DNA of 25,903 nucleotides. It comes from Candidatus Micrarchaeota archaeon. GTDB lineage: Archaea; Micrarchaeota; Micrarchaeia; Norongarragalinales; SBBD01. The notes beneath the pieces were generated by a model, which saw nothing but the letters and a program-made list of their open reading frames with translations, searched no databases and was not told where the DNA came from. Where the stretch lies: NCBI GenBank assembly GCA_043806595.1, contig JAZDGU010000039.1, positions 1 to 25,903 of the forward strand, written 5' to 3'. Numbering within the stretch: position 1 is the stretch's first letter; every line of letters starts with the position of its first letter. Below are positions 1-8,917 of this stretch, piece after piece. Made by a program: the position numbers and the translations under genes.

Positions 1-482
1 ACCTTCTCCGCGTACGACTTGAAGACCGTCTCGTAGATTTTCCTGCCGAACCTGTTGACCACGTATTCCTCGTAGGTGAGGTCCCGCGGTTTCCTCAGCT
101 TGTTGCGAGCAGCGGCAATCGCGTACGAGAGCCCGAATCCCGCGGCCTTCAGGGGGTTAACGCCCGTCATCAGCTCGACGGGCTTGAAGGGGTAGTCGAA
201 GTACCGGCCGAGCATGTATATCCTGCTGCGCTTGGGAATCGTGAGCAGGTCGCCGCCGAGCAGTCCCTGAAGCTCCGCGAGCACGTCGTCCAGCTGCGTG
301 TATATCTTGTGCGGCCCGAGGTCGAGCCGGTACTCCCCGTGCACGAAAGTCGTCGAGAGCCCGCCGAGGTACGGGTTCTTCTCGAGCACGGTCACGTCGA
401 CTCCCGCGTCCGCGAGCTTCCACGCGGTCGCAAGGCCGGTGACCCCGGCGCCGAGCACTACTGCGGTCCTCTTTCCTGCCAT
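1..482 (-). CDS. FAD-dependent oxidoreductase (protoporphyrinogen oxidase / UDP-galactopyranose mutase-like), runs off the left edge
   Basis: Not in the ORF track. Manual translation from ATG at 482: MAGKRTAVVLGAGVTGLATAWKLADAGVDVTVLEKNPYLGGLSTTF...LDLGPHKIY, with the Rossmann GxGxxG, E..GG and DxGPH motifs. Lies 11 nt downstream of the methyltransferase. Confidence 0.88.
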   Translation of the reverse strand, partial: MAGKRTAVVLGAGVTGLATAWKLADAGVDVTVLEKNPYLGGLSTTFVHGEYRLDLGPHKIYTQLDDVLAELQGLLGGDLLTIPKRSRIYMLGRYFDYPFKPVELMTGVNPLKAAGFGLSYAIAAARNKLRKPRDLTYEEYVVNRFGRKIYETVFKSYAEK

Positions 483-493
483 TCAAACCCATC

Positions 494-1420
494 CTATTTC
501 TTCCTCGCGAGCACGAGCTCCTGCGACGCGTAGTACGGCACGTTCGTGTCCTGCAGCCTGAGGGTGCCGAACAGCCCAGTGAGGAACTTCTGGAGGAGCG
601 TGCTGTACGGCCCGAAGCGGTAAGCGAGATAGCCCAGCGACAGCTTCTGGTAGTGGCGCTTCGAGTAGAACTGCTCGAAGCCAGTCTTCGCGAGCATCGC
701 CTTGAGCGTGTGCGGCGTGAAATACCAGAGGTGGACGCTCAAGAGGAACCACCACCTGCGTCCCGCGATTTTCGCGAGCCTGCTCCCGAAGTTCGGGTAG
801 TTCACGACGAGCAGACCGCCCGGCTTCAGGACCCTGCCCGCCTCCTCCAGCTCCGCGCGCGGGTCGGGCACGTGCTCGAGCACGTCCCAGAGCGTCACCA
901 CGTCGAAATATTCTGGAGGATACTTGGCCTCCTTGAGCGTTCCCGGTTTTATGTCGAGGCCGAGCTTCTTCCTGCCGTAGTCCGCCAGCCACCTGCTCGG
1001 CTCCACGCCGTGCTCCTCCCACCCGCTCTCCTTCGCGGCCTTGAGGAAGAACCCCGCGGCGCACCCGATGTCGAGTATCCTGCCCTTCCCGGGCCGGTGC
1101 TTCTCGATCAGCTTCAGGCTGCTTCGAAACGTCGCCTCGCGGCCCCTCGCCTGGGACACGTACGTCTCGTCGACGGCTTGCGCGTACCCTTCGACGATGG
1201 CCTCGCCCTTCAGCCGCGGGTTGACGTACACCAGCCCGCACTTCCTGCATTTCACGACCTGGTCGAGCAGCACCTCGTTGCCGCTCGCGCAGTAGCTCTC
1301 GCCCGTTGGCTTGCCCGCGTGCCTCGCCGGGTACACGACGTCGTAGTCGTCCGAGCAGCAGAGGTTGCATTTCACCTCCTCGTATGCCTTCCCTTTCGCC
1401 TGACCCGTTTTTCCTGCCAT
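494..1420 (-). CDS. Class I SAM-dependent methyltransferase with N-terminal CxxC...CxxC zinc-binding region
   Basis: Motif I ILDIGCAAG, motif DVVTLWDVLEHVPDP, LKPGG; N-terminal CNLC and CRKC. Confidence 0.9.
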   Translation of the reverse strand: MAGKTGQAKGKAYEEVKCNLCCSDDYDVVYPARHAGKPTGESYCASGNEVLLDQVVKCRKCGLVYVNPRLKGEAIVEGYAQAVDETYVSQARGREATFRSSLKLIEKHRPGKGRILDIGCAAGFFLKAAKESGWEEHGVEPSRWLADYGRKKLGLDIKPGTLKEAKYPPEYFDVVTLWDVLEHVPDPRAELEEAGRVLKPGGLLVVNYPNFGSRLAKIAGRRWWFLLSVHLWYFTPHTLKAMLAKTGFEQFYSKRHYQKLSLGYLAYRFGPYSTLLQKFLTGLFGTLRLQDTNVPYYASQELVLARKK

Positions 1421-1436
1421 AAACTCTTACACCCGT

Positions 1437-2135
1437 TCAGCCATTCTTCCTGGCCTTGACTATCAGCGACAGCCCGAGCGGGCTGGTCACCGCCGACTCA
1501 ATCCTCAGCAGGCTCGCGTACGCCTTGTTCACCAGCGGGTTGGCTATCTCCGTCGGGTCCCTCCCGAAAATCCTGCTGACGAGCAGCCACCCGATCATGC
1601 CGATGAAGTTCCAGTAGAATATCCTCTCTACCCTGAAGCCGTTGCGCTCGAGTATCGCGCGCAGCGACTTCTTGCTGTACCTGCGGAAGTGCCCGATGTT
1701 CTTGTCGTGCCTCGAGTAGAGCGCCTGGAACGCCGGCACGGACAGCACGAGCACTCCGCCCTTCTTGAGCCTGCCCGCGATGTTCTTCAGCAGCAAGTCC
1801 TGGTCCTCGATGTGCTCCAGCACGTCGAACAGCACGGCGCTGTCGAACGGCGGCACGCTTCCCACCTTCGCGAGCTTGTGGCCGTCGTCGACGATGAATT
1901 CAATGCCTTTATACCGCTCCCGGGCGATCTCGATGCACTTGGCGGAGTTGTCGACGCCCGTGACCGTGAAACCGCGCCTGCCGAACTCGGAGGCGAACAT
2001 GCCTATGCCGCAGCCGACGTCGAGCACGCGCTTTCCCTCGAGAAGCCTCGCGGTAACCCCCGCCTTCGCGCGCACCCACGCCTTGAGGTCCTTCTCCAGG
2101 CGGAGCAACTGGTCTATCCCGACGTATTCGCTCAT
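1437..2135 (-). CDS. Class I SAM-dependent methyltransferase (glycan-locus type)
   Basis: VLDVGCGIG, DVLEHIED, SVPA...HD...GHFRRY motifs. Confidence 0.9.
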   Translation of the reverse strand: MSEYVGIDQLLRLEKDLKAWVRAKAGVTARLLEGKRVLDVGCGIGMFASEFGRRGFTVTGVDNSAKCIEIARERYKGIEFIVDDGHKLAKVGSVPPFDSAVLFDVLEHIEDQDLLLKNIAGRLKKGGVLVLSVPAFQALYSRHDKNIGHFRRYSKKSLRAILERNGFRVERIFYWNFIGMIGWLLVSRIFGRDPTEIANPLVNKAYASLLRIESAVTSPLGLSLIVKARKNG

Positions 2136-2171
2136 TGTAAAATGCGACCCCCAAGCCAGGAAGTGGCTATG

Positions 2172-3506
2172 CTAGCCAAGCTTATAAATTTTTATGTTGC
2201 CCGCCGAGCTGGACAGCAGGTACCCCCGCGACTCCGGTTCGCTGTAGTCCCACGCGTCGTACCCGCTGACTACGACGCACGCCTGCCCCGTGCCGTATTC
2301 GCCGGCCTTGTAAGCGGTCGGCCGGTGCAGGTAGTGGTTCATCACCGCCGGGATGTTCGAGAACACCCCGCCGGCGCATTCCGATGCGGCATAGAGGCCG
2401 GCATCGCGGTAGTCGGCGTGCTTGTAATAGAGGGCGTCCACGGCGTATATGCCCGCCATCGACGCGGCGAGGTTGAGCCCGACCGCGGCCCACGCGATCG
2501 TCCGCACGCTCATTCCGCCAATCCTCCTGCCAGGCAAAATCGCGGAGGCGGCCAATATGCAGAGGAACGGCACGACAACTGCAATATACCGCAGGAGCGG
2601 GGCGTTGAACAGCCCGTATGCCTCCATCGCGATTGCGATGAACGCGACGGGCAGGAGGAGCGCGAAGAATTTCTCCTCCCTCCAGTGCATGACTGCCTGC
2701 TTCGCGGAGAGCGCCAGCGCCGGCAGAGCGAACCCGAGCAGGAACGGCAGCGAGAGCAGGTAGCTCGGCATGCGGTCGGGCCAGCCGAGCGAGCCCTGCC
2801 GGACGAATATCGCTACGAGGAAGAAGTCCGTGAAGAAGCTCGGCAGGCTCTTCCCGAAGAACCCGCTGAGGAACGCGAGCGGCAGGAAAGACAGCGCGAA
2901 CGCCGCGGCGCCGGCCAGCGCCCACTTGGAGAGCAGCGAGCCCAGCCTTCCGGTCTTCCAGAAATAGGCGAGGATGATGGGGATCATGTAGAAGCCGAAA
3001 TACCTGGTCATGATGAGGGAGCCGGTGGCCAGCCCCAGCGGCGCCATGAACCTCGGGTCCCTCGCGGCCCTGTGCGTGAGGTACATGCAGAGCGCGAGCA
3101 GGAAGATGAACAGGCTCTCGCTGAGTATGCGCGAGAACAGGAACGCGTACAGCGGGTTCGACGCGAGCAGCAGCGCCGCCCACCCAGCTGCCTCCCTCCC
3201 GAGCAGCTCGCGCGCGAAGAAGTAGACTACGATTATTCCGAGGCCCGCGAACACGATGTTGAGCAGCCTGCCCCCGAGCTCCACGTCGCCCGCAAGCGGA
3301 TACGCCCAGCTCAGCGCGAGCGGGAAGAAGGGTGACCTCGAGGTCTCGCCTTCGAGTATCATCCGCGGGTTGCCCTTGTAGAACGCTTCGGCGGCGTTCA
3401 TGTACGTGTACTCGTCCATCGCGTAGGCGCGGAACGCGAGCGTGAACGCCGCGAGCGCCAAGAAGCATGCGATTGCCGCGGCTTCCGTCTTGAGCATGTT
3501 GGCCAT
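2172..3506 (-). CDS. GT-C fold membrane glycosyltransferase (ArnT/PMT_2-like)
   Basis: About 10 hydrophobic segments, DE motif after TM1 (MDEYTY), SRSPFFP, ILSESLF, late RY motif, short soluble C-terminal domain. Start could be the Met at 3497. Confidence 0.82.
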   Translation of the reverse strand: MANMLKTEAAAIACFLALAAFTLAFRAYAMDEYTYMNAAEAFYKGNPRMILEGETSRSPFFPLALSWAYPLAGDVELGGRLLNIVFAGLGIIVVYFFARELLGREAAGWAALLLASNPLYAFLFSRILSESLFIFLLALCMYLTHRAARDPRFMAPLGLATGSLIMTRYFGFYMIPIILAYFWKTGRLGSLLSKWALAGAAAFALSFLPLAFLSGFFGKSLPSFFTDFFLVAIFVRQGSLGWPDRMPSYLLSLPFLLGFALPALALSAKQAVMHWREEKFFALLLPVAFIAIAMEAYGLFNAPLLRYIAVVVPFLCILAASAILPGRRIGGMSVRTIAWAAVGLNLAASMAGIYAVDALYYKHADYRDAGLYAASECAGGVFSNIPAVMNHYLHRPTAYKAGEYGTGQACVVVSGYDAWDYSEPESRGYLLSSSAGNIKIYKLG

Positions 3507-3543
3507 CAGCTTTTTTTGGGGGCCGGTGTTTTTATTGAGCCCC

Positions 3544-6500
3544 TCATTTGCGCATGAGCGGCTTGGCCAGCACGTCGTCTACCCACTGCCTCCAGTTGCG
3601 CAGTAGCTCCTTGTGCTCGACCGAGCCGCGCTCGTCCCTCTGCTGCTCCTCGAGGAGCATCATCTTGGTGTGCGCCTTTATGCTGTTCTCGGCCTCGAGC
3701 AGCCTCGGGATGTCGTATTTCCTCCTGAGGTCGACGAGATACTGCTTGCTGTCCGCCCTCGCGCGGATCTCCGCCCAGATCTGCTCGCGGCTGAGGCCGC
3801 GGCCCCTCTCGAGCTTCTCGAGCCACTCGCTCCCCTTGATGTTGTCCTCGAAGAGCTGGAGGTCGTCCTTTTTCGCGTCGAAGAGCATCCAGTCCAGCAT
3901 GCCCCCCTCCTTATCCGGGTCCTCGGTCCAGTGCTTCTTGATTTCGGTAACCTGGATGAGCCTGCGGCTGCGCTTGAGCGAGCCCTTGAACCTTATCGGC
4001 GCCGCGACGATGGCGAAGTCGGTCGCCTTGAAGCTCGTGGTCGGCACCCCGAGGTCGTTTACCACGCGGTCCCAGATGCTGTACGCGCTCTCGCCGTGGA
4101 TGGTTCCCATGACGACGTTCCCGACCGCGCCCACGCGCATGGCCTCGTAGAGCGCGCGCGCTTCGGTGTTGTGAAGCAATATGCCGCCGAAGCCGCCGAC
4201 GAAGTTTTGGGACGGCGAAACGGAAAGGTCATACACCGGTTCCGGCGAAGGCAGCGTGATTTCCTTCACGGACGCGATGCGATCTAGGTATACGCTCCCG
4301 GAGGCGTAGGTCTTGATTTGCTCCGAGGCGCGGCATTCGGGATCGAACACGACTTGGCGCAGGTAGTTTAGGCTGCAGCGGCCGAACCGGAACAGGTGCC
4401 GGTACCTGCGCGGGTATTTGGTCAAGTGCTTCCTGAGCTCTCCGGTGTCGAAGAACACTGCGTTCGCCTTGGAGTGTGGCCAGGACTGCGCCAGCATTTG
4501 GGGCTTCTTTTGCACGAATCCGATTTCGTTCAGGAACGTCTTAACCATGTCCCGTTGCTTGAATTCGACAATCCAAAGCCGGTTGCCTTTCTTGGGCGTG
4601 CGGGAGTGGAACCGCGACACGATGCCAAACGCCAGCAGCAGGTAGGCGACGTCTTCGGCCAACTTCCTGGAAGTGGAGAAATACCGGACAGCGTTGCCGG
4701 ATCTTCTGCTTGCCGTAAAGCTGCCGTCTCCGGAATAAAGCCCGCGCAAAAAAGCCGCGATTTTACGCTTGGGGAGGCCGAATATCATCGGGGGAACCCG
4801 CTTTTCCGTGCAGGTGCGGCCGCATTCGAGCCGCGAGAGCAGGGCCGCAAGCGCCGAACTGCCGAACCTGGCTTGTACCGAATCGCCGGCGCCATGCACT
4901 TGCCTGTGTTTCGCCTCCAACCCGAACAGCTTCCGCCCCAGGTACGAGAAATCATCCAGGAGCTGGGGGTCGGAATTGGTCAGGATGACATTCCCGCCCT
5001 TGCCGGGCTCGGCTGAAAAATACCCTTCCGAAACGTAGTATCCGAGGAACCGGCAGAAGTCCTCGTCGACGGGCAGGCTGGCGGGTATGGGGTGGCCGGT
5101 GCCCCTGACCGCCTTCAACTCCTCCAACGCGAACTCCTGTCCGGCTTTTTGCATTACCCGTTGGAAGGCCTGGAAGCCCAAGTTGCTCTTCTGGTTCGTC
5201 CTGAAGTAATTATAGATGTCGCCAGTCCGCACTCCCGCGGCTTGGGTTGCCTGCCTCCAGCCGATTGTCGAAATGGCCCTTCGAACCGGTTCCTGAAATC
5301 CTTCGACGCGGAATTCCGGCAGGAGTTCGAAAACGTTAAGTTTCTCTACATCGGAATAGCCGCACGGCATCCTCGCGGGCAATACGAGCGAATCCCCCGG
5401 CTTGAGATCCCTGCATTCAACGGCGGCTATCCTAAAGTCCCGTGTGGCGGCAAACAGGCTGTGGTCGTGCGTGACGGTGACCTTCCTTCCAGTCTCGGTT
5501 GTCACCTCCAGGAGGCTGTTTCTCGCCTGATGCTTCACAAACCCCGTAAGGGGAGCCAGCCGCATGCTTAAATCGAAGTCCAGCGTCGGAACCTGGAAAC
5601 GCGCCGGGTCTTTGCCATACAATTCCTCAATGGGCATGCGCTTGGTAACCCCGTTGTAGACGACGACCACTTCCTCCGAACCTCGGATGGAGCTCCTCAC
5701 CTCGCCCACGATGAGCACGGAGTCCCCGAGGCGCAATGCGGTCCTCAGCGCGTCCTCGGCGCTGACTTCCGCATCGCTCTGCGCGCCCAGCGGCGGCCGC
5801 GTCTTCAGCCTCTGGATGTTGAAGCCGAGCTTCTTCAGCTGGGGCACCGGGAGCTCTTGCGTGTTGTGTGCGATTATGTTCTCGCAGACGAAGTTCTCGC
5901 ACCCCGGCACGGACAAATCGTATACGAATTCGCCGTTCTTTCCGTCGGAAACCATTTCAACGGACACTACCTCGTCCCAGTAGATGTCGGACCCGGCGAG
6001 CGTGGAGAAGAAGCGCTGCAGATGCCCGCCTTGCATCCGCTGTGCCACTTGGAGCAGTTTCCGGCGGCCGACCTTGAAGCCCCTGACCATATAGTCGTGG
6101 CGGTTGAAATCGGCGCCGCCTTCCGCCAGCTCCCGGAGCAACTGGCGCGGCATGGGAATGACGTCTGCGGTGTCGTGCGTCGAAGTCCGCGCCAGCGCTT
6201 TCGAAAGGGCGGCGTTCTTGCGCGCCTGCAAAAACCCTATCGCGGAATATTTCTGCAGCATCGGCAGCGACGAGACGGAGAGGCTCGTCAGGCCCTGCTT
6301 GGTGGGCCCGTGTTCGCGCGCAACGATGCCAAGCCGGAGCAGCAGGGTCTTGATGTCCTTGATCAGCGCGCGAGACTGAAGCGAGGTAACCACTTCGTAT
6401 TCGGCTGCGTAGCCGTCGCCGCTGAAGAATCCCTTCAGCACTTCGGCAAGCTGATCGTCGGAAAGCCCGGCCACCCATTGCGGGATTTTTTTCGTGAACG

Positions 6501-8865
6501 AGTCCCCCTGCAATCCGAAAACGTTCTTCAGGGCCCAGACGAGCCCGGTGTTCGAGATTATGCGGGAATAACCGTCGGTGCAGAGCCTGCCACCGAGCCC
6601 GAATTGCCCTGCGACGGAGTCTATTACCCCGACTTCCTCGGGTTCTCCGGCGGAAATCACGACTCCGTACTTGCCGTCGTAGCAGCCGTCGGCAAGCCAT
6701 AGCCCCGCGAAGTTGAGGAATTCGGGGGTAAGCGCGAAGGTTGCCGGAATCGGCCGCGACTTCCTGTCCAGCTTGAAACGGATTCCGGGGAAATTGAGCA
6801 GCTCGGGGAACTTCTTTGCCACCTTGACCGGAAGCAGGCCCTTCCTCGCCCAATTCTGCACAGTCCCCTTCGAGAGTCCGAGGCCCCTTGCGGCGGAAGC
6901 GATTTTCCCGCGGTTGGCCCGGCACCAAGGCTTGAAGGCCTCGCAGACTACGTATGCGGAATCCGGCAACGAACCGATGGCGCTGATTTCTTTAACCGCC
7001 GTTCCCCCCCGGAAAGGCACGACTCTCGGGACGGCGATGTAGCCGCCCGCCCTGATTTCACGGGTCTTGACGGGCTCGACCCCGAAGTTCCCAAGCGTGA
7101 AAAGCGAGTGGTCGCCGGTGACCTTGATGCGCCTGCCGGTTCTCGTCGACACCTCGAAAATGGGTTTTGAAACGCGGTGGCGGATGAATTGGGACACGGG
7201 TTGGAGGGAAATCTTGTTTTCCGCATCCAAGGCAAACACCCGGATGCCTTCCGAGTCCGCTGCGGCGACTTCCTTCCCGGCGATTCTTTCGCATCCGTGT
7301 TTTTCAACCAATCCGTCTACGAGCTCTCCGACAGTGGTTTTTTCCAGCCTGCCATCCCGCTCGGCAAGGATTTCGGAATCTCCAGTCACGCTGTCCTCTT
7401 GCACAATTATTCTCAGGTTCTGCGGGATTTCCTGCATCATCGCCTGCAGCAGCGACGTCTTGCCAGCGCCCCTCGAGCCGACGATGAGCGAGCTCGCCTG
7501 CGCGTCGACGAAGAAAGAAAGCATGCCCGCGCCGAGCGCGGAGAACATGCCCTGGTCGAGGAACTGCGCGAGCGTCCACGGCGTCTCCTTGTGCAAGCGG
7601 AACGCGAACGCCGTCCCGTCGACGGCGAGCGGCTTTCCTATCGCGGCGATGCGCGTCTGCAGGTCGGGCAGGTCGAAGTCGAGTATGGGGTGGGCCTCGT
7701 CGAACGGCCTCCCCGAGAGCGCGCGGAAGCGCGAGACCGTGCTCTTGGCCTCCTCTTCCGAGAAGATGATGTTCGTCTGGCACTGGCCGTACTTGCTGTG
7801 CACGAGGTATATGGGCTTCTCGCCGAGCGGCGAGTCTAGGTAGACGTCGGTCAGCTGCCTGTCGCTGAGCAGTATCTCTAGGATGCCGTAGCCGATGGTG
7901 TAGCGCGCGACGATGTTGGCGAGGTCGTCCTTCTCCTGCGCGGATATCTTTATGCCGTTGTGGAGCGCGAGGTCGCCGATGGTGGCGGTGTATATCTTGC
8001 GGAAGTACTTGCGGGCCTGCTGCATGTCCAAGAACGTGACTGAGGCGGGCCGGTGCGTGCTCACCACTTCCTTTGTCTTCTCCAGCAGGAAATACTGCTC
8101 CGGCGGAAGCGTGTACTCCGGGGGGTTGATGTAGTAGAGGTATTCGACCTTCTCCGGGTGCTTGTAGATGTACACCTTGGTCCCGCTGACGTCGTACTGG
8201 TCGGCGAGCTGGAGCGTCTCGATGCCCGTGAAGAATATCCTCGACCCGATGAACGACGGCTTTATGACCGCCTCGAAGAACGCGTGGTATATCCCGCGGT
8301 CGCTCGGGATGCCGGAAAGCTGGAGGAGGTACTTCTTCATGCGCTGTATGACTTCCGTCCTCTCTATCTCCTCCCTCAGAAACTCGAGCGTCTTGAGGTA
8401 TATCCGCACGTCGTCCCTCTCGGCGTCGGTCATCTTGTCCGCCCGGGCCTCCTGCTGCTTTATCTCCTGCACGAGGAACAGGTAGGCCTTGAAGAAGTCC
8501 GACTGCAGCAGCGACAGGAACTGCATCACCGCGTCGTGCCTCGAGGCCAGCACCTTGCTCTCCCTCCCGCCGCTCAGGTTGCTGGGCGCCCACACGGCCT
8601 CGCTCTCAAAGCGCGTCACCAGGTCGGCAATCCCCTTCAACAGCTTCGTCTGGTCGGCGTTGTATATCCTCTCGTAGTATTCCGAGAGGACGACCTCGTC
8701 GGCGTCCACCTCCCTCAGCCTGGTGATGACGTCCTGCATGCACTGGGGATACTGCGCGAGATCCGCCCCGTAGGGCGAGCCCTTGTAGTTGATGATGAGC
8801 TGCCTCTTGCCCCCTTCAGTCTTTACCGCGAACTCCCCGGCCATCTGTGTCAACCCGCTGGACAT
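3544..8865 (-). CDS. Type II/IV secretion (VirB11/TadA/FlaI-family) ATPase precursor with two inteins; about 755 aa after splicing
   Basis: Walker A GSRGAGKTS, Asp box QED|TQEL, Walker B LIVGEVRS|TEA, His box GTIHG. The real start may be Met at 8844 given the TATA position. Confidence 0.92.
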   Translation of the reverse strand: MSSGLTQMAGEFAVKTEGGKRQLIINYKGSPYGADLAQYPQCMQDVITRLREVDADEVVLSEYYERIYNADQTKLLKGIADLVTRFESEAVWAPSNLSGGRESKVLASRHDAVMQFLSLLQSDFFKAYLFLVQEIKQQEARADKMTDAERDDVRIYLKTLEFLREEIERTEVIQRMKKYLLQLSGIPSDRGIYHAFFEAVIKPSFIGSRIFFTGIETLQLADQYDVSGTKVYIYKHPEKVEYLYYINPPEYTLPPEQYFLLEKTKEVVSTHRPASVTFLDMQQARKYFRKIYTATIGDLALHNGIKISAQEKDDLANIVARYTIGYGILEILLSDRQLTDVYLDSPLGEKPIYLVHSKYGQCQTNIIFSEEEAKSTVSRFRALSGRPFDEAHPILDFDLPDLQTRIAAIGKPLAVDGTAFAFRLHKETPWTLAQFLDQGMFSALGAGMLSFFVDAQASSLIVGSRGAGKTSLLQAMMQEIPQNLRIIVQEDSVTGDSEILAERDGRLEKTTVGELVDGLVEKHGCERIAGKEVAAADSEGIRVFALDAENKISLQPVSQFIRHRVSKPIFEVSTRTGRRIKVTGDHSLFTLGNFGVEPVKTREIRAGGYIAVPRVVPFRGGTAVKEISAIGSLPDSAYVVCEAFKPWCRANRGKIASAARGLGLSKGTVQNWARKGLLPVKVAKKFPELLNFPGIRFKLDRKSRPIPATFALTPEFLNFAGLWLADGCYDGKYGVVISAGEPEEVGVIDSVAGQFGLGGRLCTDGYSRIISNTGLVWALKNVFGLQGDSFTKKIPQWVAGLSDDQLAEVLKGFFSGDGYAAEYEVVTSLQSRALIKDIKTLLLRLGIVAREHGPTKQGLTSLSVSSLPMLQKYSAIGFLQARKNAALSKALARTSTHDTADVIPMPRQLLRELAEGGADFNRHDYMVRGFKVGRRKLLQVAQRMQGGHLQRFFSTLAGSDIYWDEVVSVEMVSDGKNGEFVYDLSVPGCENFVCENIIAHNTQELPVPQLKKLGFNIQRLKTRPPLGAQSDAEVSAEDALRTALRLGDSVLIVGEVRSSIRGSEEVVVVYNGVTKRMPIEELYGKDPARFQVPTLDFDLSMRLAPLTGFVKHQARNSLLEVTTETGRKVTVTHDHSLFAATRDFRIAAVECRDLKPGDSLVLPARMPCGYSDVEKLNVFELLPEFRVEGFQEPVRRAISTIGWRQATQAAGVRTGDIYNYFRTNQKSNLGFQAFQRVMQKAGQEFALEELKAVRGTGHPIPASLPVDEDFCRFLGYYVSEGYFSAEPGKGGNVILTNSDPQLLDDFSYLGRKLFGLEAKHRQVHGAGDSVQARFGSSALAALLSRLECGRTCTEKRVPPMIFGLPKRKIAAFLRGLYSGDGSFTASRRSGNAVRYFSTSRKLAEDVAYLLLAFGIVSRFHSRTPKKGNRLWIVEFKQRDMVKTFLNEIGFVQKKPQMLAQSWPHSKANAVFFDTGELRKHLTKYPRRYRHLFRFGRCSLNYLRQVVFDPECRASEQIKTYASGSVYLDRIASVKEITLPSPEPVYDLSVSPSQNFVGGFGGILLHNTEARALYEAMRVGAVGNVVMGTIHGESAYSIWDRVVNDLGVPTTSFKATDFAIVAAPIRFKGSLKRSRRLIQVTEIKKHWTEDPDKEGGMLDWMLFDAKKDDLQLFEDNIKGSEWLEKLERGRGLSREQIWAEIRARADSKQYLVDLRRKYDIPRLLEAENSIKAHTKMMLLEEQQRDERGSVEHKELLRNWRQWVDDVLAKPLMRK
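4168..5691 (-). mobile_element. Intein 2 (508 aa) with LAGLIDADG homing endonuclease, inserted just after Walker B
   Basis: Begins SIRGSEEV; block B VTHDHSLF; FLGYYVSEG and FLRGLYSGDG; block F VYDLSV; ends ILLHN with +1 Thr. Removal restores GEVRS-TEARAL. Confidence 0.92.
5863..7392 (-). mobile_element. Intein 1 (510 aa) with LAGLIDADG homing endonuclease, inserted in the Asp box
   Basis: Begins SVTGDSEI; block B VTGDHSLF; LAGLIDADG-like FAGLWLADG and LKGFFSGDG; block F VYDLSV; ends IIAHN with +1 Thr. Removal restores IIVQED-TQEL. Confidence 0.93.
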
Positions 8866-8876
8866 TATGCTAACCT

Positions 8877-8884
8877 TTTATAAA
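8877..8884. promoter_or_regulatory. Palindromic TATA box (TTTATAAA) between divergent genes
   Basis: AT-rich palindrome in a GC-rich background, 33 nt from ATG 8844 (-) and 34 nt from ATG 8918 (+). Confidence 0.6.
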
Positions 8885-8917
8885 TCAGTGCCGGTTTATG
8901 GGCTTCGGATTAAGAGC

